64,000 bases of DNA from Chrysomallon squamiferum (GCA_012295275.1 CM022673.1:5394001-5458000), one strand, 5' to 3'. Counted from the stretch's first letter, positions 25,988-39,979 are shown. Notes: generated by a model not told the origin, from the sequence alone. Numbers and translations: made by a program.

Positions 25988-28623
25988 TTAATTTATAATG
26001 GCTGACGTATTGTAATATATGTGTCTAAATATCGAACCCACAGTAGTATTCCAAGTTTTAATGTCCACTGCGTTATGTTCTGTTCTATGTCTTCTAATCC
26101 ATAAATGGACAATGTAGTTGTTTTTCTTCCAGTCATAAAGTTTGCCAACCTCGTACAACTTGGGAAGTTCCTTCCAGTTAGGTCGATGTAAAGATTTTCT
26201 TTCGGTGTGTATTAAGTTTTTATATTGTTTGGCTAGTCTCGCCGGTAAATACACAGAATGTTCTGCCCAATGATGATCTAGGAAAGTCTTGTATTTTGTA
26301 TGCCAAATCTTCAGAAAGTCTGCCCAAGCCTTTGCAATAATTACAGCATTACATAAACCTCTGCAGTTTTCGTAACCCATCACCATTTCGTATTTCAACA
26401 ACGGGTCCAGAGATTTGACGGCCATAGCGTCAAGATCAAGATATATCCCGCCGAACTCCATAACAGCCTCGAGGCGTACAACGTCAGTGGCGTGTTCAGA
26501 AACCTGAATGGGATTCCCATAAATTTGCGTTGGCGTATCTCGGTAGATTAAGATAATCTCTGGGACTTTTTGTCGCATTTCTTTGAAATAGTCTCCCTCC
26601 GGAACCATATCCAACCAGAAAAAGATTCTGTCTGGTTTGATGAATTTGTGAGCAGCTAAAATAGCTAACATATGATGAAAGCGAAAATGGTTTTTCTTTG
26701 GGCCGCCATACCACGTAAAATGAACTAAGCGTGGAATGACACGTTCCGTGTGTTTGATATTCTTGTAGTAACTGACTGGTAATTTTAACTTTTCGTTAAA
26801 TGTCGTGTTTCTTACGTAACTATAAAACGGATCAGTCGCTTTTTTCTTGCAAATATTTGTCTCCACACATAACTTTTTACTCGCTGAATCTGACGGTTTA
26901 ACTTTCTCTGGTGTAGCGATGTCAGAATTTCCGTAATAAATATATCTGAATATAGAACCAGCCGTCGTGTTCCACGTTTTAATATCGGTCGGATTATGCT
27001 CTATCCCGTGTTGGCGAATCCACAGATGAACAATGTAGTTGTTCTCTTTGTAGTTGAAGAGATTTCCATCTTTATACAGCATCTTCGCTTCCTCAGGCGT
27101 ATAATTCGGTCTATGAAATGATTTCTCTTCTGTATGTATTAACTTAGGATATTTCAAGGCCAGGATCCCAGGCACCTGTACTGAATGATACTGCCTCCGC
27201 TTATCGTCGAACGTTTTGTATGCTTCGTGCCAAATCTTTAAGAATTCTGCCCACTTGACGCCAATGATAACTCCGTTGCAAAGCGCATCCTTCCCTTCGT
27301 ATCCCATCACCACGTCGTATTTAAGAAGAGGATCCAAAGGCTTGACGACAATAGCATCCAGGTCGAAGTACATTCCGCCATATTCCAAAATGGCTTCCAG
27401 ACGTACGATATCGGTTATGTGTTCGGCGACTTTCACAGGTCGACCATATATTTCTTTTGGAGTTTTGCGATGGATCAGAAACAGTTCTGGAACCTTTTCT
27501 TTTAATTCCTTGAAATAATCTCCTTCTGGAATAAGATCAAACCAAAAATAAATCCGTTCCGGTGTCACAAATTTATGGGCAGCTAGAATGCTGATCAAGT
27601 GGTGAAATCGGAAATGGTTTTTCTGGGGCCCACCAAACCACGTGAAGTGCACCAATGACGGTATTACTCTTTTTTCGTGAACGATATTCTTGTTTGTGTT
27701 GACAGGAGAATTGAGCATTTTATAAAACGTGTCATTACGTTTGTATATATAAAAGTTGGCAGCAGGATCTGGCTTGCATATGTTGTTCTCTATGCAGTTT
27801 TGAAGTGTCAGTTCTGAAAAAGAAATTAATTAAATGAAAATAAAGATGACAGTTACAGAAGTATGCGAGAGAAATAAGACGCAAGCAAAACTAGAAGTAA
27901 TATTAGTACCTTGAAACTTTACTGATGTATAAAAAAATATTTTGGCTATAATAATCAAATTAGAAATCTTAAATGTTATTTAAGCTTTACATTAAAAATA
28001 GTATAAATTGATTTTTTATATATGGAAAGAATTACTTTATTTGTTCCTAGCTACCCATTTAAGCGAGTGTAATAATAATAAAAACTATGTCAATAAAATA
28101 AAAAGTTCGTTACGATGAATGGAAGCTGATATTTTTCTTAATGACCTCATTACGTAGATTAGAAATAAATTTCACAACATTAAATTTCTTACTTCTGAGT
28201 GTGTTGTCAGTGGTAGTTTCTCCCAGAGTTATGTACATATATTTTATTTTTATGTTGTCTATGAAGAATATATAAACAGTAAGAAGAAGAGCGGCAGCGA
28301 AAAACAGAACCGCAAAGAAAAGTCGATTCATTCGAAACAGTGAAGCTTTTGGGTTACCTGCAAAAACAAAAATTAAATATGTTAATTAAGGTATCATCAA
28401 TATAATTATTATTATTATTATTATGATTATTATTATTATTGTTGTTGTTGTTGTTGTTCTGGCTGTTGCTACTGCTGCTTTTGTTGTTATAGTTATTATT
28501 ATTTTATTATTATCGTCATCAAAGTAATTATTGTTGTTCTTGCTGTTGTAATTATTATTATATATGCATGCATACATACATACTTACATACATGAATACA
28601 TACAGAGAGACAGATAGACGCAC

Positions 28624-28706
<83 letters not shown>

Positions 28707-31633
28707 TGTATGTACGTTTGTATGAATGTATAAAAGACTGTTTTAAAATTTGAATAATAAGGTGTAATATATTAATGAACAATGTTATGTTTATGAAACA
28801 ATTTCCTTATTCTTAATACCGCTTTTGCTAAATATTCTACATCATTTTGTGACGAGAAGCAGGGAATCTTTAATACATATTTTATCTCTAAACAATTTAC
28901 CGCACAATTAATACAGTCACTTTAACGAAGATAAGGAATAAACTAATAACAATATTATCATTCGCTCACTGATGTAATATTAGGAAACAGCGAATAATGA
29001 GAAATGACAATAAAATATTTTAGAAATATTAACTTGCAGTAGTCTGAGTTTATTTCGTAGTAGACAAAACCACGAGTATATAAATAAATGAATTTCGTTT
29101 TAGGAGCGGTCCTAGGAGACAGTTATTTGGACATTATGTACCAGACTTTAAATAAGGAAGAGGATTTGGCTGGTACAATTACATTCTTCAAGATTAGTGT
29201 TTTAAATCCCAATCAAATATTAACTTTGTTAAAATCATTTAAATGTATCTGTTGACTGTCTGAAAATAATTAATTGTTTATAGAGCATGAATTCCAATTT
29301 CTAATTCCGTCCGTTTGGTCATTCACAGTGAAAGACCTAGATCTCTATACTTTCATACAGCGATAATGTTGTTGATAGGTAACATTCGAAGGATAAAAAC
29401 AAATGTATACGTCTATTTGTATGTTCACTGAAGGTCAGAAGAAATAAAAAGAGTTTTCAGAAAATCGTGACTGTGTGATTATGTCAAGTGACATTCCCAA
29501 AGCAAAAACAATTTTTATCTACCTGGTTATTATTCACTTTAAAATGAGTTTGAAATAATCAGGGCAGAATTTATATTTTTTCTAAGTCCAAAATGTTAAA
29601 GCATCAAGGCAAGATGGAGTGGCACCAAAGCAAATACTTTTTCCAAAGAAAAGATATCAATATTACTTAATTCGTAGGATATGGTCGAACGATAATAAAC
29701 AAATAAATATGTTTATTTATACGTTTGTAACCGAACCACTGAAGGTCAAAAGAAACAAAAGTTCTTTCGAAATTTCGTGACAATGTGAAAATGAGGTGTG
29801 TGTAAATTTAGATCGACCCAGATCACCATGTAACTGAATTGCTGAAGCTTGAACACTGTCAGTTTACAATATTATTGCGTTAAAATTGTTTGTAACGAAA
29901 GGACGTGGACAAAAACATATTAAGCTACCTGAACATTCACAGGAATATTATTTTCATTGTATATTGACATCAACAAGTATCGTATGATTAGCCAAAATGG
30001 CTGCGTCTATGATTTTGCTCAGAGAGTCGATCTTTATTGGAATAACACGGAATCAATCCACACAGAGCAACCAGACAGGTTTTTTTTTATTGCTCAGAAC
30101 ATTGTCCAAGTTTAGAGACACGAAGCCACGTTCGAGATATAAGAGATTTATTACTGGACTTGTATAGGTACTCGCTGAGTGTGTATGTGAGTGTGTGTGT
30201 GTTTGAATGCAGCAATACAGAAGTGTGGGATATTTTATGTTAAATTGTATTATATTCCTTACTTTATTTATTTAGTTTAATTTTAGTATCTCTCTTTCTC
30301 CATATATATAATATATATTACAACGAGAGAGAAATAGAGATACTTATATTAAAACAAATGAATAATTATACTAATATTTTACTTTATGATAAAATTTGAA
30401 GGAGAAATATTTTACGTTACTACTACTACGAAAACTACAGTAACAGCATATCCCGTCATAGCTTATAGGAAAACCTAAACCTAACGTACATCTACACGAT
30501 TTTCTGAATAAAGACAGCCTGACAAAAATATATTTACGAATAGATTTAGGAAAACGTCTTTTCAAACATATTTTAAAATGTTCTAAGTATATATTTTAGA
30601 GTTTATATATATACACATATTTTATTAGAACAAGTTTTAAAAAGATATTTAAATGTCTTGTGAACATATATTAAAATGTTCTATGTATATATTTTAGAGA
30701 TTATAAAGGTTACATTCTAAATAGTTTTTCATATCGTTTTTAAAATTATATTAGAAATATTTTTTTTTAAATGTCAAACTGTATTTGTGTAATTCATGAA
30801 CCTTTCTGGTTATAATTTTAAAATATATTTCCATACCAATGAAAACATGTGTGTGAAATATGAAACTAGTAAACCTCTAAGTATATATATATGGTATCAC
30901 TGTACATAAAAAATATTTTTGAATGTAAACATTTTTGGTCTTGTAAAACAGTTTCATTATAACGGAGACTGAACAAATTGACTTCATTATCGTAAAAATG
31001 TTTGTGTCTGCTGCTGAAATATACTGGTTAATTGACTGACTGACTGTGAAAGAATAACTGGCGACAGCCAACACAGCAACGCCAATTAACGACATCTTCG
31101 CTATTTATGAAAGACTAAGGCTTTTCAATCTGCGGTTAATTGTTGTTCATCCAACTATCATGCCTTAAATCTTTAATTTATTATTATTATTTTATATGCC
31201 TGTTTACTGACGTGTTACTGAACATTTTCAATTTGTTAATTAGTTATTAATACACAATATTTCAGATTTTAATAAACTAAAGACCATGTCATATAAATCA
31301 TAGTTTAATTGATTAAACAAACGCGAACAAAATAATATCTTAATATTTACGATATTTTTTTTCTAGATTGTGTATATATTTTGTATATAATTTAATTAAT
31401 AAATAAAATAAATAAATACTAACAATGACAACAACAATAATGAAAATACATATATATATATTTTTTTTATTTATTTATTTATATATATGTATATATGTGT
31501 ATGAATATAAGTATGTATGTGTGTACATACATACATATATATATTTATTTATTTATATATATGTATATATGTGTATGAATATAAGTATATACATATATAT
31601 AAATAAATAAATAAAATTAAAATACTTACTCAT
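25988..31633 (-). CDS. GT-B: intact two-domain GT32 DxD glycosyltransferase, type II membrane protein, 664 aa; exons 31630-31633 (ATG+A), 28193-28357, 25988-27813
   Basis: ATGA|gtaagt, ttgcag|GT...AGAA|gtaaga, tttcag|AA; 4+165+1826=1995 nt in one open frame. N-terminal TM (LFFAVLFFAAALLLTVYIFFI), stem, then two domains with GGMYFDLD and GGIYLDLD. Confidence 0.88.
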
Positions 31634-31913
31634 AATCTTGTTTTTAGGTAACAATCCAAACAACTATTAATTTCTTTCTTTCTTTTTTTTTTATTTTTTT
31701 TATTTTTTTATTTGAATTGCATTTTGTTTGCAATATTTATTGTTCCATAAAAAGATATTTCACATCTGTTGCCTCTCGGGTTTTTTTGATTATGAGTGTG
31801 TGTGTCTCTCTCTGTTGGCGTGCGAGATCGGTTTCAAACAGGACACAAAGACTAGCTGTTGATATTTCTGTTGTTCACCTCGGTCACGTTACAACGAGCA
31901 GACCACTAAAAAT

Positions 31914-32047
31914 ACAGTGCCAAATATAAAGATGCTGAGCTATCCTCCTGTGAAAAAAATATAGAGAGTAGGTTTGTAGCATTTGAAGAACTTGAAATGA
32001 CGTCAAACACCAGCGCCACAGGAAATGACGAATCTGTTTCCCGCTGA
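31914..32047 (+). pseudogene. Truncated, internally deleted copy of the last exon of the membrane-protein gene (matches 15163-15230 plus ~15408-15473), followed by a copy of its 3' flank
   Basis: ACAGTGCCAAATATAAAGATGC...GTTTGTAGCA/TTGAAGAAC.TGAAATGACGTCAAACAC...GTTTCCCGCTGA matches the exon end; 32047-33740 parallels 15473-17456. Confidence 0.9.
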
Positions 32048-33598
32048 CGTTGCTAATATTGTGCTCCTGTTATGTGTGTACTTCAAAAGCAGACAAAAAA
32101 ATAATAATAATAAAAAATAAAAAAGAAGAAGAAGAAGAAGAGTATATAATAAAATAAAATATAATAAAATGATAATAAAAATATAAATAATAATATAATA
32201 ATAATAAAGAAAGAAAAAGGATTATACCATGGCCATATTAAGTAACTATAGGTCTAAAACACTTTTTCTAGAGAACTTCGCATATGATGATTCGATAAAT
32301 CAAGTGGAAATGATATTAAACATATCATTTAATTCATTCTCTTTATTATATGTATCAAAATATTATAGATAAAGTTATGATTCAATATCACAAGTGTCAG
32401 TTTTAATTACGTGCTTGACCTGAACAAATTCATGTAACTTTATTTATAGAAAACAACAGCAGCAGCAGCAGCAACAACAACAACACAAAATACTTTGTTT
32501 TAAACGTTTTAATGAGAAAGAAAAGTAATAAAAAAATAAAAAATAAATAAAATAAAACAATATAAAATAAATGTATTATGAGTAAATAAAGAAAGAAAAC
32601 TAAGAAGAAAAATAAGAAATAGAAAACAGGAAGGGGAAATAATCTCTGCTACTTACTTTACAAGAGTTACTCTTCAATATATAATTTTTATTTTTTTTTA
32701 TTTATTAATTTAGTGGTGTCGATTTCCTTCATTGTTTATGTAGCTGTTTATTTATTTATACATTATTTGATCTATTTATTAATTTAGTCATATTGATTTC
32801 CTTGACTGTTCATGAACCTGTTTATTTATTTATACATTATTAGTTCATTCATTTATCTATAAATGGCTTTCTTTATTTTCTTTATTTTTAAAAATTACAA
32901 ACTCAAATTTATAATTATTTTGCATACATTTATACTTTAATCAGCAGTAAAAATATATTAGATATCTCTAATTACTTAAGAATAAAATTAACATCTTCTG
33001 TCGACATTGTATATACAAATTTAACACTGCTCAACATAATGTTATTTCAAACACAAAACTCTGGAAGGATTGTTTTCATTATTTACAGAAAAACAACGTT
33101 GACAAATACAGTGTCCGAAAATGTTGAAAAAAAAAATAATAAATGCATAAAAATTACCGAAATCAGTACACAACAGAAACTGACAAATATATGAATGAAT
33201 GAATTATATATTTTATTTATCTTTAACACAGATCACAGAAGTATATTTAAAACTGCATAGCATATAATACACATACACCATAAGGCCCTATATGTTCACA
33301 TTACCAACTAACATGACTGAAGGCTTTGAAAGAAAACAATATTCGCCGACATTTCTTAAGTAGAAAAATTAAAAAGAAACGTGTGTGTTAACACATCAAA
33401 AGACATAAAAACATATACATAATGTAGATATATAAAAACATAGATATAATCATAAACATATATATATATATATACACACACACACACGTAAAAACATATA
33501 TATAAACACAAAAAATAATTTCCTATAAAAAGGAAGGTACATTATTCGCCGATTTCTAAGTATTGTCAAAACGTATAAAAATAAAAGAAAATATTTTA

Positions 33599-33639
<41 letters not shown>

Positions 33640-33743
33640 GCAGATTAGATTATAGATCATATAAGCCTGATAAAGAAGTAGAAATCCTATAAGCATCTAT
33701 ATTTATATAATCTACACATGAGAGGACTACATTACAAAGTCTC

Positions 33744-36110
33744 TTAATTTATAATGGCTGACGTATTGTAATATATGTGTCTAAATATCGAACCCACGGT
33801 AGTATTCCAAGTCTTAATGTCCTCTGCGTTATGTTCTGTTCCATGTTTTCTAATCCACAAATGGACAATGTAGTTGTTTTCCTTCCAGTCATAAAGTTTG
33901 CCAACCTCGTACAACTGGGGAAGCTCTTCCCAGTTAGGTCGATGAAAGGATTTTTGCTCGGTGTGTATTAAGTTTTTATATTGTTTGGCTAGTCTGGCCG
34001 GTAAAAGCACAGAATGTTCTCCCCATTGTTGGTCTTGGAAAGTCTTGTATTTTGTATGCCAAATCTTCAGAAAGTCTGCCCAAGCCTTTGCAATGATTAC
34101 AGCATTACATAAACCATAGCTGACTTCGTAACCCATCACCATTTCGTATTTCAACAACGGGTCCAGAGATTTGACGGCCATAGCGTCAAGATCAAGATAT
34201 ATCCCGCCGAACTCCATAACAGCCTCGAGGCGTACAATGTCAGTGGCGTGTTCAGAAACCTGAATGGGATTCCCATAAATTTCCGTTGGCGTATCTCGGT
34301 AGATTAAGATAATCTCTGGGACTTTTTGTCGCATTTCTTTGAAATAGTCTCCCTCCGGAACCATGTCTAACCAGAAAAAGATTCTGTCTGGTTTGATGAA
34401 TTTGTGAGCAGCTAAAATAGCTAACATATGATGAAAGCGAAAATGGTTTTTCTTTGGGCCGCCATACCACGTAAAATGAACTAAGCGTGGAATGACACGT
34501 TGCGTGTGTTCGATATTCTTCGAGTAACTGACTGGTAATTTTAACTTTTCGTTAAAAGTCGTGTTTCTGACGTAAGTTTAAAACGGATCAGTCGCTTTTT
34601 TCTTGCATATATTTGTCTCTACACATAACTTTTTACTCGCTGAATCTCATGGTTTAACTTTCTCTGGTGTAGCGATGTCAGAATTTCCGTAATAAATATA
34701 TCTGAATATTGAACCAGCCGTCGTGTTCCACGTTTTAATATCGGTCGGATTATGTTCTATCCCGTGTTGGCGAATCCACAGATGAACAACGTAGTTCTTC
34801 TCTTTGTAGTTGAAGAGATTTCCATCTTCATACAGCATCTTGAGTTCCTCAGGCATATAATTCGGTCTATGAAATGATTTCCGTTCTGTATGTATTAACT
34901 TAGGATATTTCAAGGCCAGGATCCCAGGCACCTGTACTGAATGATACTGCCACCGGTTATCGTCGAACGTTTTGTATGCTTCGTGCCAAATCTTTAAGAA
35001 TTCTGCCCACTTGACGCCAATGATAACTCCGTTGCAAATCGAATTCTTCGATTCGTATCCCATCACCATGTCGTATTTAAGAAGAGGATCCAAAGGCTTG
35101 ACGACAATAGCATCCAGGTCGAAGTAAATTCCGCCATATTCCAAAATGACTTCCAGACGTACGATATCGGTAATGTGTTCGGCGACTTTCACAGGTCGAC
35201 CATGTATTTCTTTGGGAGTTTTACGATAGATCAGAAACAGTTCTGGAATCTTTTCTTTTAATTCCTTGAAATAATCTCCTTCTGGAATAAGATCAAACCA
35301 AAAATAAATCCGTTCCGGTTTCACAAATTTATGGGCAGCTAGAATGCTGATCAAGTGGTGAAATCGGAAATGGTTTTTCTGGGGCCCACCAAACCACGTG
35401 AAGTGCACCAATGACGGTATTACTCTTTTTTCGTGAACAATATTCTTGTTTGTGTTGACAGGAGAATTGAGCATCTTATAAAACGTGTGATTGCGTTTGT
35501 ATACGTAAAAGTTGGCAGCAGGATCTAGCTTGCATATGTTGTTCTCTATGCAGTTTTGAAGTGTCATTTCTGAAAAAGAAAACAATTGAAAAAAAATAAA
35601 GATACCAGTTACACAAGTATGCCAGAGAAATAAGACGCAAGCAAAACTAAGAATAATATTAGTATCTTGAAACTTAACTGATGTATAAAAAGTATCTAGA
35701 AAGATAGTAATCCAAATACCAATATGATATTTTGGCCATAATAATTAAATTGAAAAACAGTTATTCTAAATCGATAATGTTACCCCAGCTTTACATAAAA
35801 AGACTAGTGTAAATTAATTTTATATCACTGGAAAGAATTACTTTATTTGTTCCTAGCTACCCATTTAAGCGATGGTAATAAAAATATAAACTATGTCAAT
35901 AAAATAACAAGTTCGTTACGATGAATGGAAGCTGATATTTTTCTTGACCTCATTACGTAGATTAGAAATAAATTTCACAACATTAAATTTCTTACTTCTG
36001 AGTGTGTTGTCAGTGGTAGTTTCTCCCAGAGTTATGTACATATATTTTATTTTTTTGTTGTCTATGAAGAATATATAAACAGTAAGAAGATGAAGCACAC
36101 GAAAACAGAA
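33744..36110 (-). CDS. GT-C: two-domain GT32 gene with in-frame stops in the inter-domain linker (TGA 34647-34649, TAA 34578-34580); encodes at most TM plus domain 1; exon 3 33744-35569, exon 2 from 35996 into the gap
   Basis: ORFs 34647-35585 and 33744-34427 share one frame. TCA>TGA (KP-S-DS) and TAT>TAA (DPF-Y) relative to A and D; no other disruption seen. Exon 1 is lost in the gap. Confidence 0.75.
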
Positions 36111-36310
36111 NNNNNNNNNNNNNNNNNNNNNNNNNNNNNNNNNNNNNNNNNNNNNNNNNNNNNNNNNNNNNNNNNNNNNNNNNNNNNNNNNNNNNNNNNN
36201 NNNNNNNNNNNNNNNNNNNNNNNNNNNNNNNNNNNNNNNNNNNNNNNNNNNNNNNNNNNNNNNNNNNNNNNNNNNNNNNNNNNNNNNNNNNNNNNNNNNN
36301 NNNNNNNNNN
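36111..36310. other. Assembly gap (200 N)
   Basis: Run of N; the last ~25 nt before it are a garbled version of GT exon 2, typical of a low-quality contig end. Confidence 0.99.
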
Positions 36311-36415
36311 AGAATACAGTAGTTAATCCAGTTATATTCACGCTCATACACATACAAAACAACCAGATGTTAAACGCACATATTAGTTTGTTTGTTTTCT
36401 GTTATACATGTGATC

Positions 36416-36453
<38 letters not shown>

Positions 36454-38354
36454 ACATTATATATCGTACAAATTAATATGACATAACCAGTTTAATAAAT
36501 CGGACTTTCTGAATTATATGCATGTCGTTCTTTAATAATTATTTTGATATTTTTGTCGCATTTTGAAAATTTCATTTTTGGATGAGTATATTGTTTTCTT
36601 GTGATTTTTTTCTCCGTCATTGTTTTTGTTTTGTTTTGTTTTTGGTTTGTTCGTTGTTTTTTTTGTAATTTTGGTTATTTAGGAATTAAGAATGAGAGAA
36701 TGTAATGCAAGTGAACAGGGGATGATAATGTTTGGTTATTTTGTAATTAACGGGTTTTCGTATTTTGTTCAGAAACTGCGAGATTCTGAGTATTTTTGTT
36801 GTTCGTTTTGTAAAACAAAGAAAAAAAATTTTGTTCTCGTTTTGAAGAACATCAAAATAAATTATTTCTATCATATTTTGTTGTCTTATTACAGATAAAA
36901 TTATATTATTATATTACATTTATAACACCCTCATCATTACAAATATTATTATTATTATAATACAAATACTTCTACTGCCGCTACCGCCATTACTACTACA
37001 ACTACGACTTCCACTACTGCTCTTCTGTTACTACAGCTACCGTAACGAATTATTATGACATTTACTATAACTTCTTAAAACAACCACTATAAGTACTTAA
37101 AACAACTATACCTACACATACAACAAGTACTACTATACATACAACAAGTATTATTATATGAATATTACTACTACTACTACTACTATTACTGCCATAGCGA
37201 TGTTTTCTGTCACCGTCACCAATGTTGTTATTACTGTTAATGTTATTATTTATAAGGTAAAATAGGAGTAAGTAACTAACATAAATAAATAAATAAATGT
37301 TTATATTAATATTTAGAATCTTTTCGACAGAAAAAGGATTCTGTTACACTTTTGGGTGCATCGACGTTATATTTCAGAAAATACCTCTATTTTTAATTTA
37401 TTTTTTTCTATTTAATAAACAACAACAAAAACAACCACAAACCAAAAAATAAATGTAAATTAATGCTGAATAGAAAATTGATTAAATAAACGAACAAATA
37501 AATAAATAAATAAAATAATGGATGGATGAATTAATGAATTAATGAATAAATAAATAAATAAATAAATAAATAGTATAAAAAATAATAATAATATAAAAAA
37601 TAAAATGAAATAAAATAAAATAAAATAAAATAAAATAAAATAAAATAAAATAAAATGAAATAAATCAAAATGAAATAAATCAAAATAAAATAAATAAAAA
37701 TAAAAATAAAAATGAAATAAAACAAAACAAAACATTTAACCACCCAAACTCTGCAAAAGATATATTACTCGTCTCACTAAATTTAATACCTCATTACCAT
37801 AAGTACATTTCAAAATACCTGGACCATGTCTAACAGAAACGACAGCTATGATCCAGCCGCTGCTAAAACAACATCCATTTGTTTCACTTCTTGTCCTAAT
37901 TGAAAAGAATAACCAAGACCAGCAACTGAGTTAATACTCTAATTCACCTTCACACTTGCACCGATAACGAAGGGGGTGGGGTGTAACAACAAAACAAAAA
38001 TAATAATACATTGCTAAGGGCTACTCAGGAATGCTGTTCGTTATGCTTCGCTAACCTTATAACAAAGCGAGACTTTCCTATCCTATAAATGAATTCAGAA
38101 ACAAACAAACAAAGAAAAAAAAAAAAAAAAAAAAAAAAAAAACAGAAGAAAACAAAGAAGAGTTATGACCATAGAAACCTCGTTATATTAAAGACTGTCT
38201 TGAATCTGTTTATCGAAGGAAATAAAAAGGCGTGGACGTTTTCTGGGCAGATTTAAAGAGCTGAGCACCTTGAGACGAGTGCAGTGCTGTCTTCGGCAAG
38301 AACGCTAAGAGATTAATTGCGAATTTCTTGTTAATCGGGTATCTGAACTTGACA

Positions 38355-39364
38355 ATGGAGCCGACTAGGTTTGCTGAGAACACGAGCGAAAGAGGATCAG
38401 ATAAGAAGCTACACGACGGCTCAGCGGTACAATGAAAAGGAATTGGATTTGATAAACTGATGGAAGTTTATCAAGAAACATGCACACTCAGTATGATAAG
38501 GTAAATCCAGTTTTCATTTTTCGAATGTTTTTTGGGGTAAAGTGATTTCTTCTAAAACTTCCTTAGATCGCTAAGTTACAGATAATCACAAAGTGTGTTT
38601 GTCCGAAAATGATATAAAAAGATTGTTTTCAGAGTAATAATTAATGTATGATAAGTACGAGAAATCTTTTAATATGTATATAAGTCAGTAAGTAAGTAAG
38701 TAAATAAATAAAATTAATTAAACTAAATAAAATATATAAAACAAAAAATAAAATAAAATAAAATAATATTTAAAATAATAAATAAATAACTAAATAACTA
38801 AACTAAACTAAACTAAACTAAACTAAACTAAACTAAACTAAACTAAACTAAACTAAACTAAACTAAGCTAAACTAAACTAAGCTAAGCTAAGCTAAGCTA
38901 AGCTAAACGAAACGAAACGAAACGAAACGAAGAAACGAAACGAAACGAAACTAAACCTTACTAAATAAACAAACATTTTATCTCTCACGTTACGCTATAT
39001 TTTATTTCTTCTAGAATTCCAGTGTAGCTGATTACAACGGACCAAGATACGTGGCTGAAACTGTGGCAGAACTGTTTCCCGAAAACCGAAACCAAATAAA
39101 GATTCTGGACGCAGCTTGTGGGACCGGTCTGGTAGGACTTGAGGTAAGTCTGATGTTAACTGTATTTTAAAATGTCGTGTACTGATGTTTGCTTAAAGCC
39201 ATTGATTGTGCGCGTTTTGAATTTTCCTATTTCATGATGGCGTGTATAAGCTACGTATTTTTTTTTACTATTTGTTAACATGTTTGCAAGATGCGTAGAA
39301 TTCCTGAAATGGATTGTTTTAAATGATGTAGGTTTCGATAGAGAGCATAACGATTAATTTTTCA

Positions 39365-39421
<57 letters not shown>

Positions 39422-39979
39422 AATAAATGAAAGAAAATATTTTTACCTTTCGGAAATTCTACGCTGTATATCGAAAATAAATTATCATTTGCATTCATTG
39501 TTGGGTTTTTTTAAAGTACAGTATGTAATAATTACTTGTTCAGTCATTTTGATTTCGTTTTAATCAGTAACCAGTTTTAATGCTCATTTTTCGTAATACT
39601 GTGTGTGTGTGTGTGTGTAATATAGCATAATATGGTATAGTATAATTACTACAGTACTTAAAATGCCTACTTGGAAATCTTATAGGAAAGAGGGAAAAAT
39701 AAGAAGCGATTCACAAAACATTGGAAATGCGTATTTTATTGCTGTTAAAACTAAGTTTCTAATCCAATTTACTAGAATATTAGAATATTTAGAACAGTCT
39801 CTTAAAAAGTTAACGTTTCTCTTTCAAGCTGACTAAACTTGGATTTAAAACATTGATGGCGTCGATATCTCAGAGGAATGTTGAACGAAGCGAGAAAGAA
39901 AAACGTCTACCAGAAACTGATCTGTCAGTTCCTAGGAGAAAACAAGCTGGGAATCAACGAACGTAAAGAATATTTATAT

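Noticed and set aside
25988-27813. Bacterial contamination or recent horizontal transfer of the long intron-free GT ORF
   Set aside because: It is spliced to TM and start exons by canonical introns and sits among microsatellites; single large coding exons are normal for animal GT32 genes.
30877-31095. Hydrophobic ORF MSLIGVAVLAVAS as an alternative signal exon
   Set aside because: No convincing splice donor found, the downstream part diverges in the paralogous intron of A, and the GT frame is complete without it.
34647-34649. Selenocysteine or readthrough at the GT-C TGA
   Set aside because: It replaces a linker Ser, and a TAA follows 23 codons later; no SECIS recognised.
35916-36362. ORFs spanning the N run
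   Set aside because: Artefacts of translating through the assembly gap.
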